Shown here: one piece after another, positions 21,247 to 29,822 of the stretch | Numbering within the stretch: position 1 is the stretch's first letter | How the letters are laid out: every line of letters starts with the position of its first letter | NCBI GenBank assembly: GCA_038321985.1 | Contig: JBBQFN010000007.1 | Span: 32,001 to 96,000, forward strand | Length of the DNA: 64,000 bases | Source of the DNA: Cyanophyceae cyanobacterium | GTDB taxonomy: Bacteria; Cyanobacteriota; Cyanobacteriia; Cyanobacteriales; Laspinemataceae | Direction of reading: 5' to 3' | Position numbers and translations under genes: made by a program | Notes under the pieces: model-generated | The model's input: only the letters and a program-made list of their open reading frames with translations | Database searches by the model: none | What the model was told of the DNA's origin: nothing

Positions 21247-21338
21247 GGGGGCGATCTCCTCTGGGATAAATCAACTGGCCATTACAGATTGACAATGGGA
21301 TGGGGGGGAGAAGGCTCCTCCAGCAAATGTCACCGATT
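21247..21338. repeat. ~90-bp imperfect direct repeat, copy 2
   Basis: GGGGGCGATCTCCTCTGGGATAAATCAAC...ATTACAGATTGACAATGGGA...GAGAAGGC...CACCGATT. Confidence 0.85.
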
Positions 21339-21339
21339 G

Positions 21340-21500
21340 ATTAAACGCATTCAGCCATGAATAGAAAGCCACCCAGGAAGAATTAAAAGAGTCTCTAATC
21401 AACAATTTTCTCCAAAATTGCCATCTAAATTGTCCAACGCTTCTGCATCCAGTTGACAAACTGCCGACCCGAGTTGCCAATATTCTTCTACTGCGGTTGA
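21340..21500 (-). pseudogene. Possible degenerate DUF4351-like C-terminal remnant
   Basis: Two frames give QLDAEALDNL and FNSSWVAFYSWL, resembling L..EQLE.L.EALLDFxS..DL..WL. Confidence 0.3.
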
Positions 21501-21635
21501 AACCAAACTTTTATTATAGTCCAAAATAACCGAAAAATCATAGCTTATCATAAGATATATGAAGCAATTATGTAGTTGCTCAACTCTATCGGCATAAGGG
21601 ACAGCCAATCATTGTAACGAAATCGCCAATTGCTC

Positions 21636-23135
21636 TTATTTTTTCAAAATTTCTACCCTTAAGTGAGCTGTGATAGCTTCTTTTAAAAAATCAAATTGCC
21701 TTGTCAAAAAGACCCAATACAAAATGTATTTAAAATTTAAAGGGGTACAAAAACATAGTTTTAATTTATGATTTTTATAATATTCTTGAATTATACTGGC
21801 TAATCCAGCCTCGCGGAAGTCCCTTCTTTTAAGTCTAATTTGATAGGTTTTATAGAAATACTGACAGAGTTGAACCCGAATCCATTTATCCAAATCATGA
21901 AACTGCTGAGTGTCTGTAACAACGGAGAAGAAGCCTACCCAGTTGCGGTTATTTTTTTCGAGTAGGCTCTCACATATCGGACATAGTTTTTCCGGTCTAC
22001 CCTGAATTTTTTTGTTGATAACCTTGCGAACCAATAAAACAAAGCGCTCACGGGGGTTGTCCGGAAATTTATAACTCTTTTCTTTTTTTAGTTTTTGAGA
22101 AATTTTGTTTTGAAATTGCTGAATATTATTTGGACTAATTTTAATATCAGTTAAGCCCAATTCAAATCCTACAAAAACTAAAGGCTTTTTAGAAATGTCT
22201 ACATACTTAGTTTTGGATTTTTCCAAATTATCTAGGATGGGATGAAGCTGAAGTTTTATTTGGGCTAGTTTTTCCTCAACTCGACGATGAATTGCTGGAA
22301 GGTCATCTTTGGTTTTCAGGAGGACAACAAAATCATCAGCATACCGAACATATCGTAAAGGAATTTCTTGGGCTAAATCTTCTAAAATCCATCTATCAAA
22401 TTCATGTAAATATAAGTTGGCCAACATTCCAGAAAGCACCCCTCCTTGAGGAATGCCTTGTAATCGAACCTTTTGGGGGGGCTTATAGTGGTGAAAAATT
22501 TGAATATTTCTGCGTTCATTTTGCTCATCTCTGTAGGGAATTCCGATAGTTTTAATAAACCGTCTGATTAAGGTACTCACCCTACTTTCATGACCAAATA
22601 AATCTTCAATGATAGAAATCAAACGCTCGTGAGCAATAACATCAAAAAATTTAACAATATCGGCATCTAAGCTAAATTGGAAACCGGATTGAATATAGCT
22701 ATGGATCAGTCTAGCTGCTGAAGGAGCAGACTTACCTTTTCGATAAGCGCAGGACACTCGATCTAATTGAGAAGTTGCCTTAAAAAGTTTCTCTACTTCT
22801 TCATATAGAAGTTCGTACAAAATTTTTTGAACGAGAACGTCTCGGATAGTTGCGATCGCTAAAACTCTTTCTTGACCCGACGATGGCTTACTAACGTTAA
22901 ATTCTCGAAACGGGTAAAAAAGATACTTTCCCTGAATTACTTTTTGGGAAATAAATTGACACCGCCTCGATAATTCTTTTTCAAAGGTTTTATAAGAAAT
23001 TCCATCGGCTCCCATTTGGATTCTTATTTCCTTTGTAAAGACATCATATTTAGCCTCTTTATATCTCCAAAAGGCTTCTTCAATTTTTTCCGGTTTAAAG
23101 TATTGACAAAGTTTATCGTCTATTAACTTAGACAT
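21636..23135 (-). CDS. Stand-alone reverse transcriptase (group II-like/unknown-group), 499 aa
   Basis: GADG, RVLAIATIRDVLVQ, AYRKGKS, DADIVKFFD, GIPQGGVLSGMLANLYL, RYADDF (YADD at 22332-22343), FVGF, thumb WVGFF...LDKWIR; no endonuclease domain. Confidence 0.95.
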   Translation of the reverse strand: MSKLIDDKLCQYFKPEKIEEAFWRYKEAKYDVFTKEIRIQMGADGISYKTFEKELSRRCQFISQKVIQGKYLFYPFREFNVSKPSSGQERVLAIATIRDVLVQKILYELLYEEVEKLFKATSQLDRVSCAYRKGKSAPSAARLIHSYIQSGFQFSLDADIVKFFDVIAHERLISIIEDLFGHESRVSTLIRRFIKTIGIPYRDEQNERRNIQIFHHYKPPQKVRLQGIPQGGVLSGMLANLYLHEFDRWILEDLAQEIPLRYVRYADDFVVLLKTKDDLPAIHRRVEEKLAQIKLQLHPILDNLEKSKTKYVDISKKPLVFVGFELGLTDIKISPNNIQQFQNKISQKLKKEKSYKFPDNPRERFVLLVRKVINKKIQGRPEKLCPICESLLEKNNRNWVGFFSVVTDTQQFHDLDKWIRVQLCQYFYKTYQIRLKRRDFREAGLASIIQEYYKNHKLKLCFCTPLNFKYILYWVFLTRQFDFLKEAITAHLRVEILKK

Positions 23136-23458
23136 CTCATTTGGTTTATAATGAGAAAGAGTACCTAAACAAAAAAGTGCAACAGGGAGCCCAAGGTACT
23201 CTCAAATTCATCCTGTTTCCCTACCGATAAACTGTGTAAATTCACAGGTTACCGTTCGGTATTAACATTTGCTTGTTTACTAAACAAGCCGAGGAACCTC
23301 ATATTCAGCGAGAGCTTTATCATCTGGTGGTCCTCTTATTCTTTCATGGCTTATTATACCATGAAACCTAGGCTCCTTGAGATAGACTGCATTAGAACAG
23401 CCCACGGCTGACTCAACGGCCAAGCCCCTAGTTAAGAACAATAAGAGCTTACCTGAGT
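23136..23458 (-). ncRNA. Candidate RT-associated structured ncRNA directly upstream of the RT start codon
   Basis: About ten mutually compatible inverted-repeat pairs within 320 nt plus one crossing (pseudoknot) pairing; no ORF of 60 aa or more with a start codon; candidate -10 elements at ~23465-23473 and 23353-23361 on the minus strand. Confidence 0.7.
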
Positions 23459-23720
23459 TTTATTAAAATAGCAACCCCCATCGCCAAACAATGGCAAAAG
23501 CAGGCACAGATTGGCTGACACATTATTTTATCGCTTTAAAGGTTTAAAGATTTATACCGCTAAATGAGGAGGAAAAACCCAGCACCCTGGAAAGGTGGAA
23601 GCTCATAAAACCAAGTCCTCCTACGCGAGCGAAATTACCAAAGCCTTTCCTAAACTGGATTTGGGATGAGTAGGGGTAGCCCATCTGTGTTAGTTTTAGG
23701 GAATGAATCGGTTAATGTAG

Positions 23721-24071
23721 ATGAAACTTGCAGATATTGTCAGCCGTTTGGTTATCGATCCTCGCAAACTGACAGAGTACGCACTTAACCCGGATAACCC
23801 CAAAGGATCTGATAAAGCCCTCATGTTTGAGCGTCATCTTGGATTTACTCAAGATAACTACCAACCTCTACTGCAACAGATTTTGCTTCAAGCCTTAGAA
23901 ACAGAAGCGATTTTGCAGTCCACAGATAAACATGGACAACGCTATCAGGTAGATTTGGAGATTAGGGGAATACAAGAAGGGCAGCAAGAAATTGTCCGCA
24001 CGGGTTGGATAGTTGAATCGGAGAGTGATGCCGCTAGATTAGTTACACTATATGTTAGGAAAAGACCATGA
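23721..24071 (+). CDS. DUF6883-like putative toxin/nuclease
   Basis: IDPRKLTEYALNPDNPKGSDKA..F...LGF, HGQRY, VRTGWIV, RLVTLY. Confidence 0.8.
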   Translation: MKLADIVSRLVIDPRKLTEYALNPDNPKGSDKALMFERHLGFTQDNYQPLLQQILLQALETEAILQSTDKHGQRYQVDLEIRGIQEGQQEIVRTGWIVESESDAARLVTLYVRKRP

Positions 24072-24391
24072 GTGAACCTGAGCTATTTGATATCATTGAA
24101 CTCTTAGTTGATTTGCCAAATTATCATCTGCCAGCCGGAAGTCAGGGAGCGATTGTGGAGTGTTTTGCCGAAGGTGAGTATGAGGTGGAGTTTGCCAATG
24201 AAGAGGGAGAAACTCTGGCGTTATGTACCCTCTCGTCGGAAGAGTTTATCGTAGTTTGGAAAGCGAACACGAAGAGTTGGCTTTCCGTATCTGATCGGCT
24301 TGGGGCTGTGCTTTCCCGGTTGTCGGAGGAACGTCAACAGGAAGTTTTAGAGTTTGCTCGGTCTGTTTATTCTCCGGAGAAATCTGGATGA
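24068..24391 (+). CDS. DUF4926 domain protein (putative antitoxin/immunity partner)
   Basis: LFDIIELLVDLP...GSQGAIVE...YEVEFANEEGETLA; ATGA overlap with the upstream gene. Confidence 0.85.
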   Translation: MSEPELFDIIELLVDLPNYHLPAGSQGAIVECFAEGEYEVEFANEEGETLALCTLSSEEFIVVWKANTKSWLSVSDRLGAVLSRLSEERQQEVLEFARSVYSPEKSG

Positions 24392-24426
24392 ATTCAGCCA
24401 TTGTTCAAACCCACCCCATCCTGCCA

Positions 24427-24489
24427 ATTCCCCACAAAAAAGCAGCTTCCAAAACGGCTACTTTTCTATCTCCAGAAGTCCAATCGCTT
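24427..24489. repeat. Degenerate copy of the glmS downstream/terminator segment
   Basis: ATTCCCCACAAAAAAGCAGC...GGCTACTTTTCTATC..GAAG...TCGCTT, matching 25117-25179. Confidence 0.8.
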
Positions 24490-24501
24490 TGGTTTTTCGC
24501 C

Positions 24502-24891
24502 TCAATCATCCTCATACTCGGCCCAGGAATTGGGCGTTTCTGAGACTGCTACCTTGAGGCGCACGCCTTCTGGTAACCGGCGTGTGGTTTCGTCGTAAAT
24601 ATATTTGGCGATCATCTCTGCCGTGGTTTCATATTCCGGTGGCATCACGTCATTGAGGACACAGTGATCTAATCCGCCTTTGCTGACGTCTCGTTTTGCC
24701 CAACGGAGGGTTTTGAAATCCGCAACCATAACTTCGTGAGGGCAGTATTCTGAGGAGTGCAGCTTGTGTGTTGTTGCTTCTATCCGCACTCGATAGGTAT
24801 GTCCATGCATCCGTCCGCAGGGTCCATCGTAGTCTTTGATGAAGTGGGCACTGTCAAAGGTGAATTCTGTAGTTACTTTCCATTTCGGCAT
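24502..24891 (-). CDS. queD: 6-carboxytetrahydropterin synthase / PTPS family
   Basis: FTFDSAH, CGRMHGHTY, DF, LDH, TTAE, VSETP motifs. Confidence 0.88.
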   Translation of the reverse strand: MPKWKVTTEFTFDSAHFIKDYDGPCGRMHGHTYRVRIEATTHKLHSSEYCPHEVMVADFKTLRWAKRDVSKGGLDHCVLNDVMPPEYETTAEMIAKYIYDETTRRLPEGVRLKVAVSETPNSWAEYEDD

Positions 24892-25116
24892 TGTTTTTCC
24901 CTCCTGCGATCGCAACCCTACTCGATTCGGACAATAATTAAGGCTCCGATCTACTGCGGTTGAATGAGACTTTGATTATAGTCCAAACTCTCTTAAAAAA
25001 TACCAGGGGAGTCACAAAACTGCTGGCGCAAGTGAATGGGGTGGAGGCGATCGCCTTCAGCATTGCTGTCCTTACCGCCGCTTTCGGGTCAACATCCCCC
25101 GATCAGGATGCGTTCC

Positions 25117-25179
25117 ATTCCCCACAAAAAAGCAGCCTTCGCAAAGGCTGCTTTTCTATCACTCGAAGCCTAGTCGCTT
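25117..25179. terminator. Intrinsic terminator segment downstream of glmS
   Basis: AAAAGCAGCCTT-cgca-AAGGCTGCTTTT hairpin with A/T tracts. Confidence 0.8.
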
Positions 25180-25196
25180 CGCTGGAATTATCACAT

Positions 25197-27104
25197 TTAT
25201 TCCACTGTTACCGACTTCGCCAGATTACGGGGTTGATCCACATCTAAACCTCGTCGCGCTGCGATGTGATATGCAAGTAACTGCAAGGGTATGACAGCTA
25301 GAATCGGCGATAGTAACTCATCTACAACCGGCACTTGTAAGACGTCATCAAAAATCTCCGCTGCGTCAAATCCATTTTGCGGGGTTACCCCAATTAATCG
25401 GGCATCCCTTGCTTTTGCTTCTTGGGCGTTGGAAATCACTTTCTCGTACACAGTTCCCGGCATGGCGATCGCCACGACAGGCACTTTCGCATCCAAGAGG
25501 GCGATCGGTCCATGTTTCATTTCCCCTGCCGGATATCCTTCCGCATGGATATAACTGATTTCTTTCAGTTTGAGCGCCCCTTCTAAGGCGATCGGGAAAT
25601 TAATTCCTCGTCCTAAGAAGATAAAATCTTGAGTCTCGGCAAATTCGTGCGCCAACTCCTCTATACGTCCCTCTTGAGAACTGAGCACCTGTTCGATTTG
25701 TGCCGGAAGTTGGCGCAATCCTTGGATAATTTCCTCAATTCTAGCTTCCGGCAAGGTTTTGCGTCGATAGGCCAAGTCTAAGGCTAAACTATAAAATGCC
25801 ATCAACTGGGCGACAAACGTCTTGGTTGCCGCGACCCCGATTTCAATTCCAGCATGGGTATTAATAATGTCCGCGACTAAGTTTCCCAGGGATGACTCGG
25901 GACGATTGGTAATTCCCAACAGTCGGGATTGATACGCACTGGAAAGTCCAATTCGGCGCTGATGTTCCATAGAGAGTGCCGCCAGAGTATCTGCGGTTTC
26001 TCCAGATTGACTGATGCCGACTGCCAGGGTGTAGGGTCGTAAGGGTGCCGGTGCATACCGATATTCGGAGGCATAGTTTACCGAAGTTGGAATTCCTGCC
26101 AGTTGTTCTAACAGGTATTTCCCGACTAAACCGGCGTGCCAACTGGTGCCACAGGCGATGATTTCGATCTGTTGCAAATCCTTGTACAGTTCGGGATTGA
26201 TTCCCAAATTGATCGGGGGTACTTCGTTATCTCCCGGTTGCCACTCCCGGTTAAAATAGGCTTCCAAACAAGTGCGCACAACTGCCGGTTGTTCGTAAAT
26301 CTCCTTATGCATGAAGTGGCGGAATCCTTGTTTTTCCACCAGTACCGGATTGAGTTTAAGGAGTCGGGGGGTTTTTTTGAGGCGATCGCCTCCAAAGTTG
26401 TAAACCTCTACCCCCAATGGCGTCAACCGTGCCATTTCCCCATTTTCCAAAGACAAGACAGCGCAGGTATAGGGTAGGATCGCTGGAGTGTCAGAGGCAC
26501 AGAAAAATTCCCCTTGTCCAAATCCCACGACTAAAGGGGCCTGTTGTCGGGCGACGATTAGTTCATCCGGGTAGTCACTGGAAATCACAGCGATCGCAAA
26601 TGCCCCTTCTAATTTATTCACCGCCTTTCGCACCGCCTCGAAAAACTGCGAGATTAACGGCATAAACCCCGGTGCATCCACCAGAGGTTCCGTCATAAAC
26701 TCCGCGATTAAATGCGGGATAACTTCCGTATCCGTATCGGACCGAAACTCGTGCCCCCTACCTTTGAGTTCCTCCCGTAACTCCCGATAATTTTCAATAA
26801 TCCCATTTTGAACCACCGCGACTTTTTCATGGGTGTCCATGTGGGGATGGGCGTTGTATTCCTCCGGTTTACCGTGAGTTGCCCAGCGGGTATGTCCAAT
26901 GCCGATTTGGGAGGGATTGTCTATCCCTTGTATTTTTTCTCGCAAGTTGTGCAGCTTGCCTTTCGCCCGCACACAATTCAGTTTTCCCTCTACAATCGTT
27001 GCTACACCCGCTGAATCGTAACCGCGATATTCTAGTTTTTCTAATCCAGCGAGTAAAACATCTTTCGCCGCTTGAGTGCCAATATAGCCAACAATTCCGC
27101 ACAT
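25197..27104 (-). CDS. glmS: Glutamine--fructose-6-phosphate transaminase (isomerizing)
   Basis: MCGIVG, LEYRGYDSAG, GHTRWATHG, SQSGETADT, DQPRNLAKSVTVE. Confidence 0.98.
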   Translation of the reverse strand: MCGIVGYIGTQAAKDVLLAGLEKLEYRGYDSAGVATIVEGKLNCVRAKGKLHNLREKIQGIDNPSQIGIGHTRWATHGKPEEYNAHPHMDTHEKVAVVQNGIIENYRELREELKGRGHEFRSDTDTEVIPHLIAEFMTEPLVDAPGFMPLISQFFEAVRKAVNKLEGAFAIAVISSDYPDELIVARQQAPLVVGFGQGEFFCASDTPAILPYTCAVLSLENGEMARLTPLGVEVYNFGGDRLKKTPRLLKLNPVLVEKQGFRHFMHKEIYEQPAVVRTCLEAYFNREWQPGDNEVPPINLGINPELYKDLQQIEIIACGTSWHAGLVGKYLLEQLAGIPTSVNYASEYRYAPAPLRPYTLAVGISQSGETADTLAALSMEHQRRIGLSSAYQSRLLGITNRPESSLGNLVADIINTHAGIEIGVAATKTFVAQLMAFYSLALDLAYRRKTLPEARIEEIIQGLRQLPAQIEQVLSSQEGRIEELAHEFAETQDFIFLGRGINFPIALEGALKLKEISYIHAEGYPAGEMKHGPIALLDAKVPVVAIAMPGTVYEKVISNAQEAKARDARLIGVTPQNGFDAAEIFDDVLQVPVVDELLSPILAVIPLQLLAYHIAARRGLDVDQPRNLAKSVTVE

Positions 27105-27443
27105 TTATCCGTTAACTCCTCTCGATACGGTGCAATGGATAGAATTTTAGTTTTTCTGTACTGTTTCTGCTATAACTACATCCCATTATCCTTCCCTAAC
27201 TTCCCCAAATGGCGATCGCCTGGTATGAGCAAAAATCGACAGCGCGATCGCGGATGCAAATAACCCCTACAGCAAGTTGATAGTCTCTTCCCCTGCCTAG
27301 TCTCTGATTCCGGAAATGGCTTTCCCCGGTATCTCCACCCCGACGCGAAAAAAAGAGGGGCCCAAGGCTCCCTCTTTCTATTCAAACCCTTTAACGATTA
27401 AAAAACACTCCTGAAAAAGGAATGCTTTTCAATCATCCCGTCT

Positions 27444-27692
<249 letters not shown>

Positions 27693-27927
27693 TTATAAAC
27701 TCCCAACGTGTTCTCAACAAATTTTTGGATCTGGTAATAGCGGCTTTAACAGCTAGAGTCACTGTTAAAGCTGTCGAAATCTTGGCTTAGTTTATCGTAG
27801 TCCTACCTACTCCTCTCATAAAAGGAGCGAGAACTTAAAAGATCGTAATATATTGCCCGCTCCTTTTACTAGAGGGGTCAGGATGCGATCGGGTTTAAAT
27901 CTTTTGCAGACTGCCTATCTCCATCCT

Positions 27928-27945
27928 TTTGTAACAAATCTTTAC
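27928..27945 (-). promoter_or_regulatory. Possible HLR1 (RpaB-binding) motif upstream of psaC
   Basis: Minus strand GTAAAGAT-tt-GTTACAAA, an imperfect (G/T)TTACA(T/A)(T/A) direct repeat of the kind known at PSI promoters. Confidence 0.4.
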
Positions 27946-28042
27946 CCCTTCCCCGGGACCTATCTTCAATGGCACTCAATCAAGTTCCCCGTTCCACTTA
28001 AGAGAACCACAGCAAGTCGTGACGTTGAAAATCGGATAAGTT

Positions 28043-28948
28043 TTAGAGGCCCAACTTGTCTAAAACGCTTCGGGTGGATACTACATGGCGATCTAACCCA
28101 AGTTCTTTGGGGGGGATGCCTAACGCTAAGGCGACTAATTGCGGCAGATGGAGGACCGGCAGATCTAACTTATGACCCATGAATTTAGCCACTTCCGGTT
28201 GCCGAGAGTCTAGGTTGAGGTGACACAAGGGACAAGGGGTGACTAAACAATCCGCACCGGCTGCGATCGCCTCGTCAAGATGGGTCCCGGCCATTTGAAA
28301 GGCTTGGTCTGTGGCATAACTGGATAGGGGCCAGCCACAGCATTGGGTTCGTCCTGGGTAATAAACTGGAGTGGCTCCTACGGTCCGAAATACATTTTCC
28401 ATGGATTCCGGTTGATAGGGGTCGTCATAGGGGATACTTTTTTGAGCACGGAGCAGATAGCAGCCATAGAATGCCGCACATTTAAGCCCACTCAGCTTGC
28501 GGGTCACTCGTTTTTGGAGTTCGTCCAGTCCATAATCCGTGACTAATGCCCATAATAGATGTTTGACTTCGGTACTGCCTTGATAGGGAGCACAATTTTG
28601 TTTTTGCAGCAAGCCGTTAATCTGGTTAAGGTAAGCGGGGTCTGAGGTTTGGAAATCTTTGAGACGTTCGTTTACATGACCGATTACCCCTTGACAAGTG
28701 CTGCAATGGGTGAGGAGGGGGAGGTTAAGTTGTTCAGCCAGGGCAATATTGCGGGCGTTGACTGTATCTTCTAGGAGGCGGGAATCTTCTTTAAAAGTGC
28801 CGGAACCGCAGCAGGAGGCCTTTTTGAGTTCGAGCAGTTCGATGCCTAGGGCTTTGGTTAGAGCGGCAGTGGATTGATAAAGTTCGCCGCAGGCTCCTTG
28901 AGCGACACAGCCGGGAAAGTAAGCATATTTGAGGGGAACTGATGGCAT
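28043..28948 (-). CDS. Heterodisulfide reductase subunit B-like CCG-domain Fe-S protein
   Basis: YAYFPGC, two CCG motifs, CSTC, FYGC, PCPLCHLNLD. Confidence 0.9.
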   Translation of the reverse strand: MPSVPLKYAYFPGCVAQGACGELYQSTAALTKALGIELLELKKASCCGSGTFKEDSRLLEDTVNARNIALAEQLNLPLLTHCSTCQGVIGHVNERLKDFQTSDPAYLNQINGLLQKQNCAPYQGSTEVKHLLWALVTDYGLDELQKRVTRKLSGLKCAAFYGCYLLRAQKSIPYDDPYQPESMENVFRTVGATPVYYPGRTQCCGWPLSSYATDQAFQMAGTHLDEAIAAGADCLVTPCPLCHLNLDSRQPEVAKFMGHKLDLPVLHLPQLVALALGIPPKELGLDRHVVSTRSVLDKLGL

Positions 28949-29510
28949 GGCAGTGGCCGAGTAGAGAGGACGGAAAGGGCGATCGCCAGGGTAGGTATCC
29001 TGATCGCTTCTTCTATTATTATGATGTCCCCTTGGGGCGAAGCACTGCATCTTGTTTTTGTTTGATCGCCTCCCCTGTGCGTTGGGGACAGTTGAGTGGG
29101 CTCTCCGTGTAGAAAAAGAGACCCCACCTTAACCCAGCCTTGCCTCTAGGGGAGAGGAATAGAGGTGGCTCTAGACTGAATGGAGTTAGGTAAGCCTCAA
29201 AAAACCTCCAATTGTCAGGAAGAGATCCGGGGGTTTAGAGGACAGATGAAACTTTGAGAATTGGCACTTGAGGGAAGAGAGAAAAATAGGCATTCTACTC
29301 AGGAAACAAAAGGATAGGAAATCGCGTGTGGGTGATGCATCTTTTCAGATAAGATGAGAAAATGGCTTTGTCCCACTCATCGGGCATAGGAGTTTTAGAA
29401 ACGACTAAGGGCCAGAGCGAGAAAATAGGGAAGGGACAATCGCAGGTTAGAACGGCCCCACCCAAGCCCCAATTTGTTATGATTTGCTGCATTCTAAAGA
29501 GGACATCCCC

Positions 29511-29762
29511 ATGAGTCAAGAAGACATTTTTTCCAAAGTCAAGAAAATCGTCACGGAGCAACTGGAAGTCGAAGGTGATCAAGTCAAAGCCGAAGCCAGC
29601 TTTGCCGAAGATCTCGGAGCTGATTCCCTGGATACAGTGGAATTGGTAATGGCCTTAGAAGAAGAGTTTGATATTGAAATTCCCGACGAAGAGGCCGAAA
29701 AAATCACCACGGTTCAAGATGCCGTGAAATACATTAGCAGCCAAGTTGCAGCAAAAGCATAA
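29511..29762 (+). CDS. acpP: Acyl carrier protein
   Basis: [27 protein letters not shown] upstream of the ATG at 29511. Confidence 0.98.
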   Translation: MSQEDIFSKVKKIVTEQLEVEGDQVKAEASFAEDLGADSLDTVELVMALEEEFDIEIPDEEAEKITTVQDAVKYISSQVAAKA

Positions 29763-29822
29763 AGTTTACTGCTTTCACCTGGATTGTGCGTGTTTGGTGT
29801 GGCAGAAAGAGATACAGCAATC

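Noticed and set aside
21636..23458. Retron, DGR or CRISPR-associated RT
   Set aside because: No VTG motif in region 7, no obvious long a1/a2 repeat, no TR/VR pair with adenine-specific mismatches, and no cas genes or array in the window
23560..23675. Protein-like fragment (GKVEAHKTKSSYASEITKAFPKLDLG*) or riboswitch in the RT/DUF6883 spacer
   Set aside because: Too short to assign; no start codon and no riboswitch consensus recognised
21400..23720. Group II intron interpretation of the RT locus
   Set aside because: No domain V/VI-like sequence after the RT stop and no GUGYG 5' end found on the coding strand upstream; the structured upstream region is shorter than typical DI-DIV; no interrupted host gene
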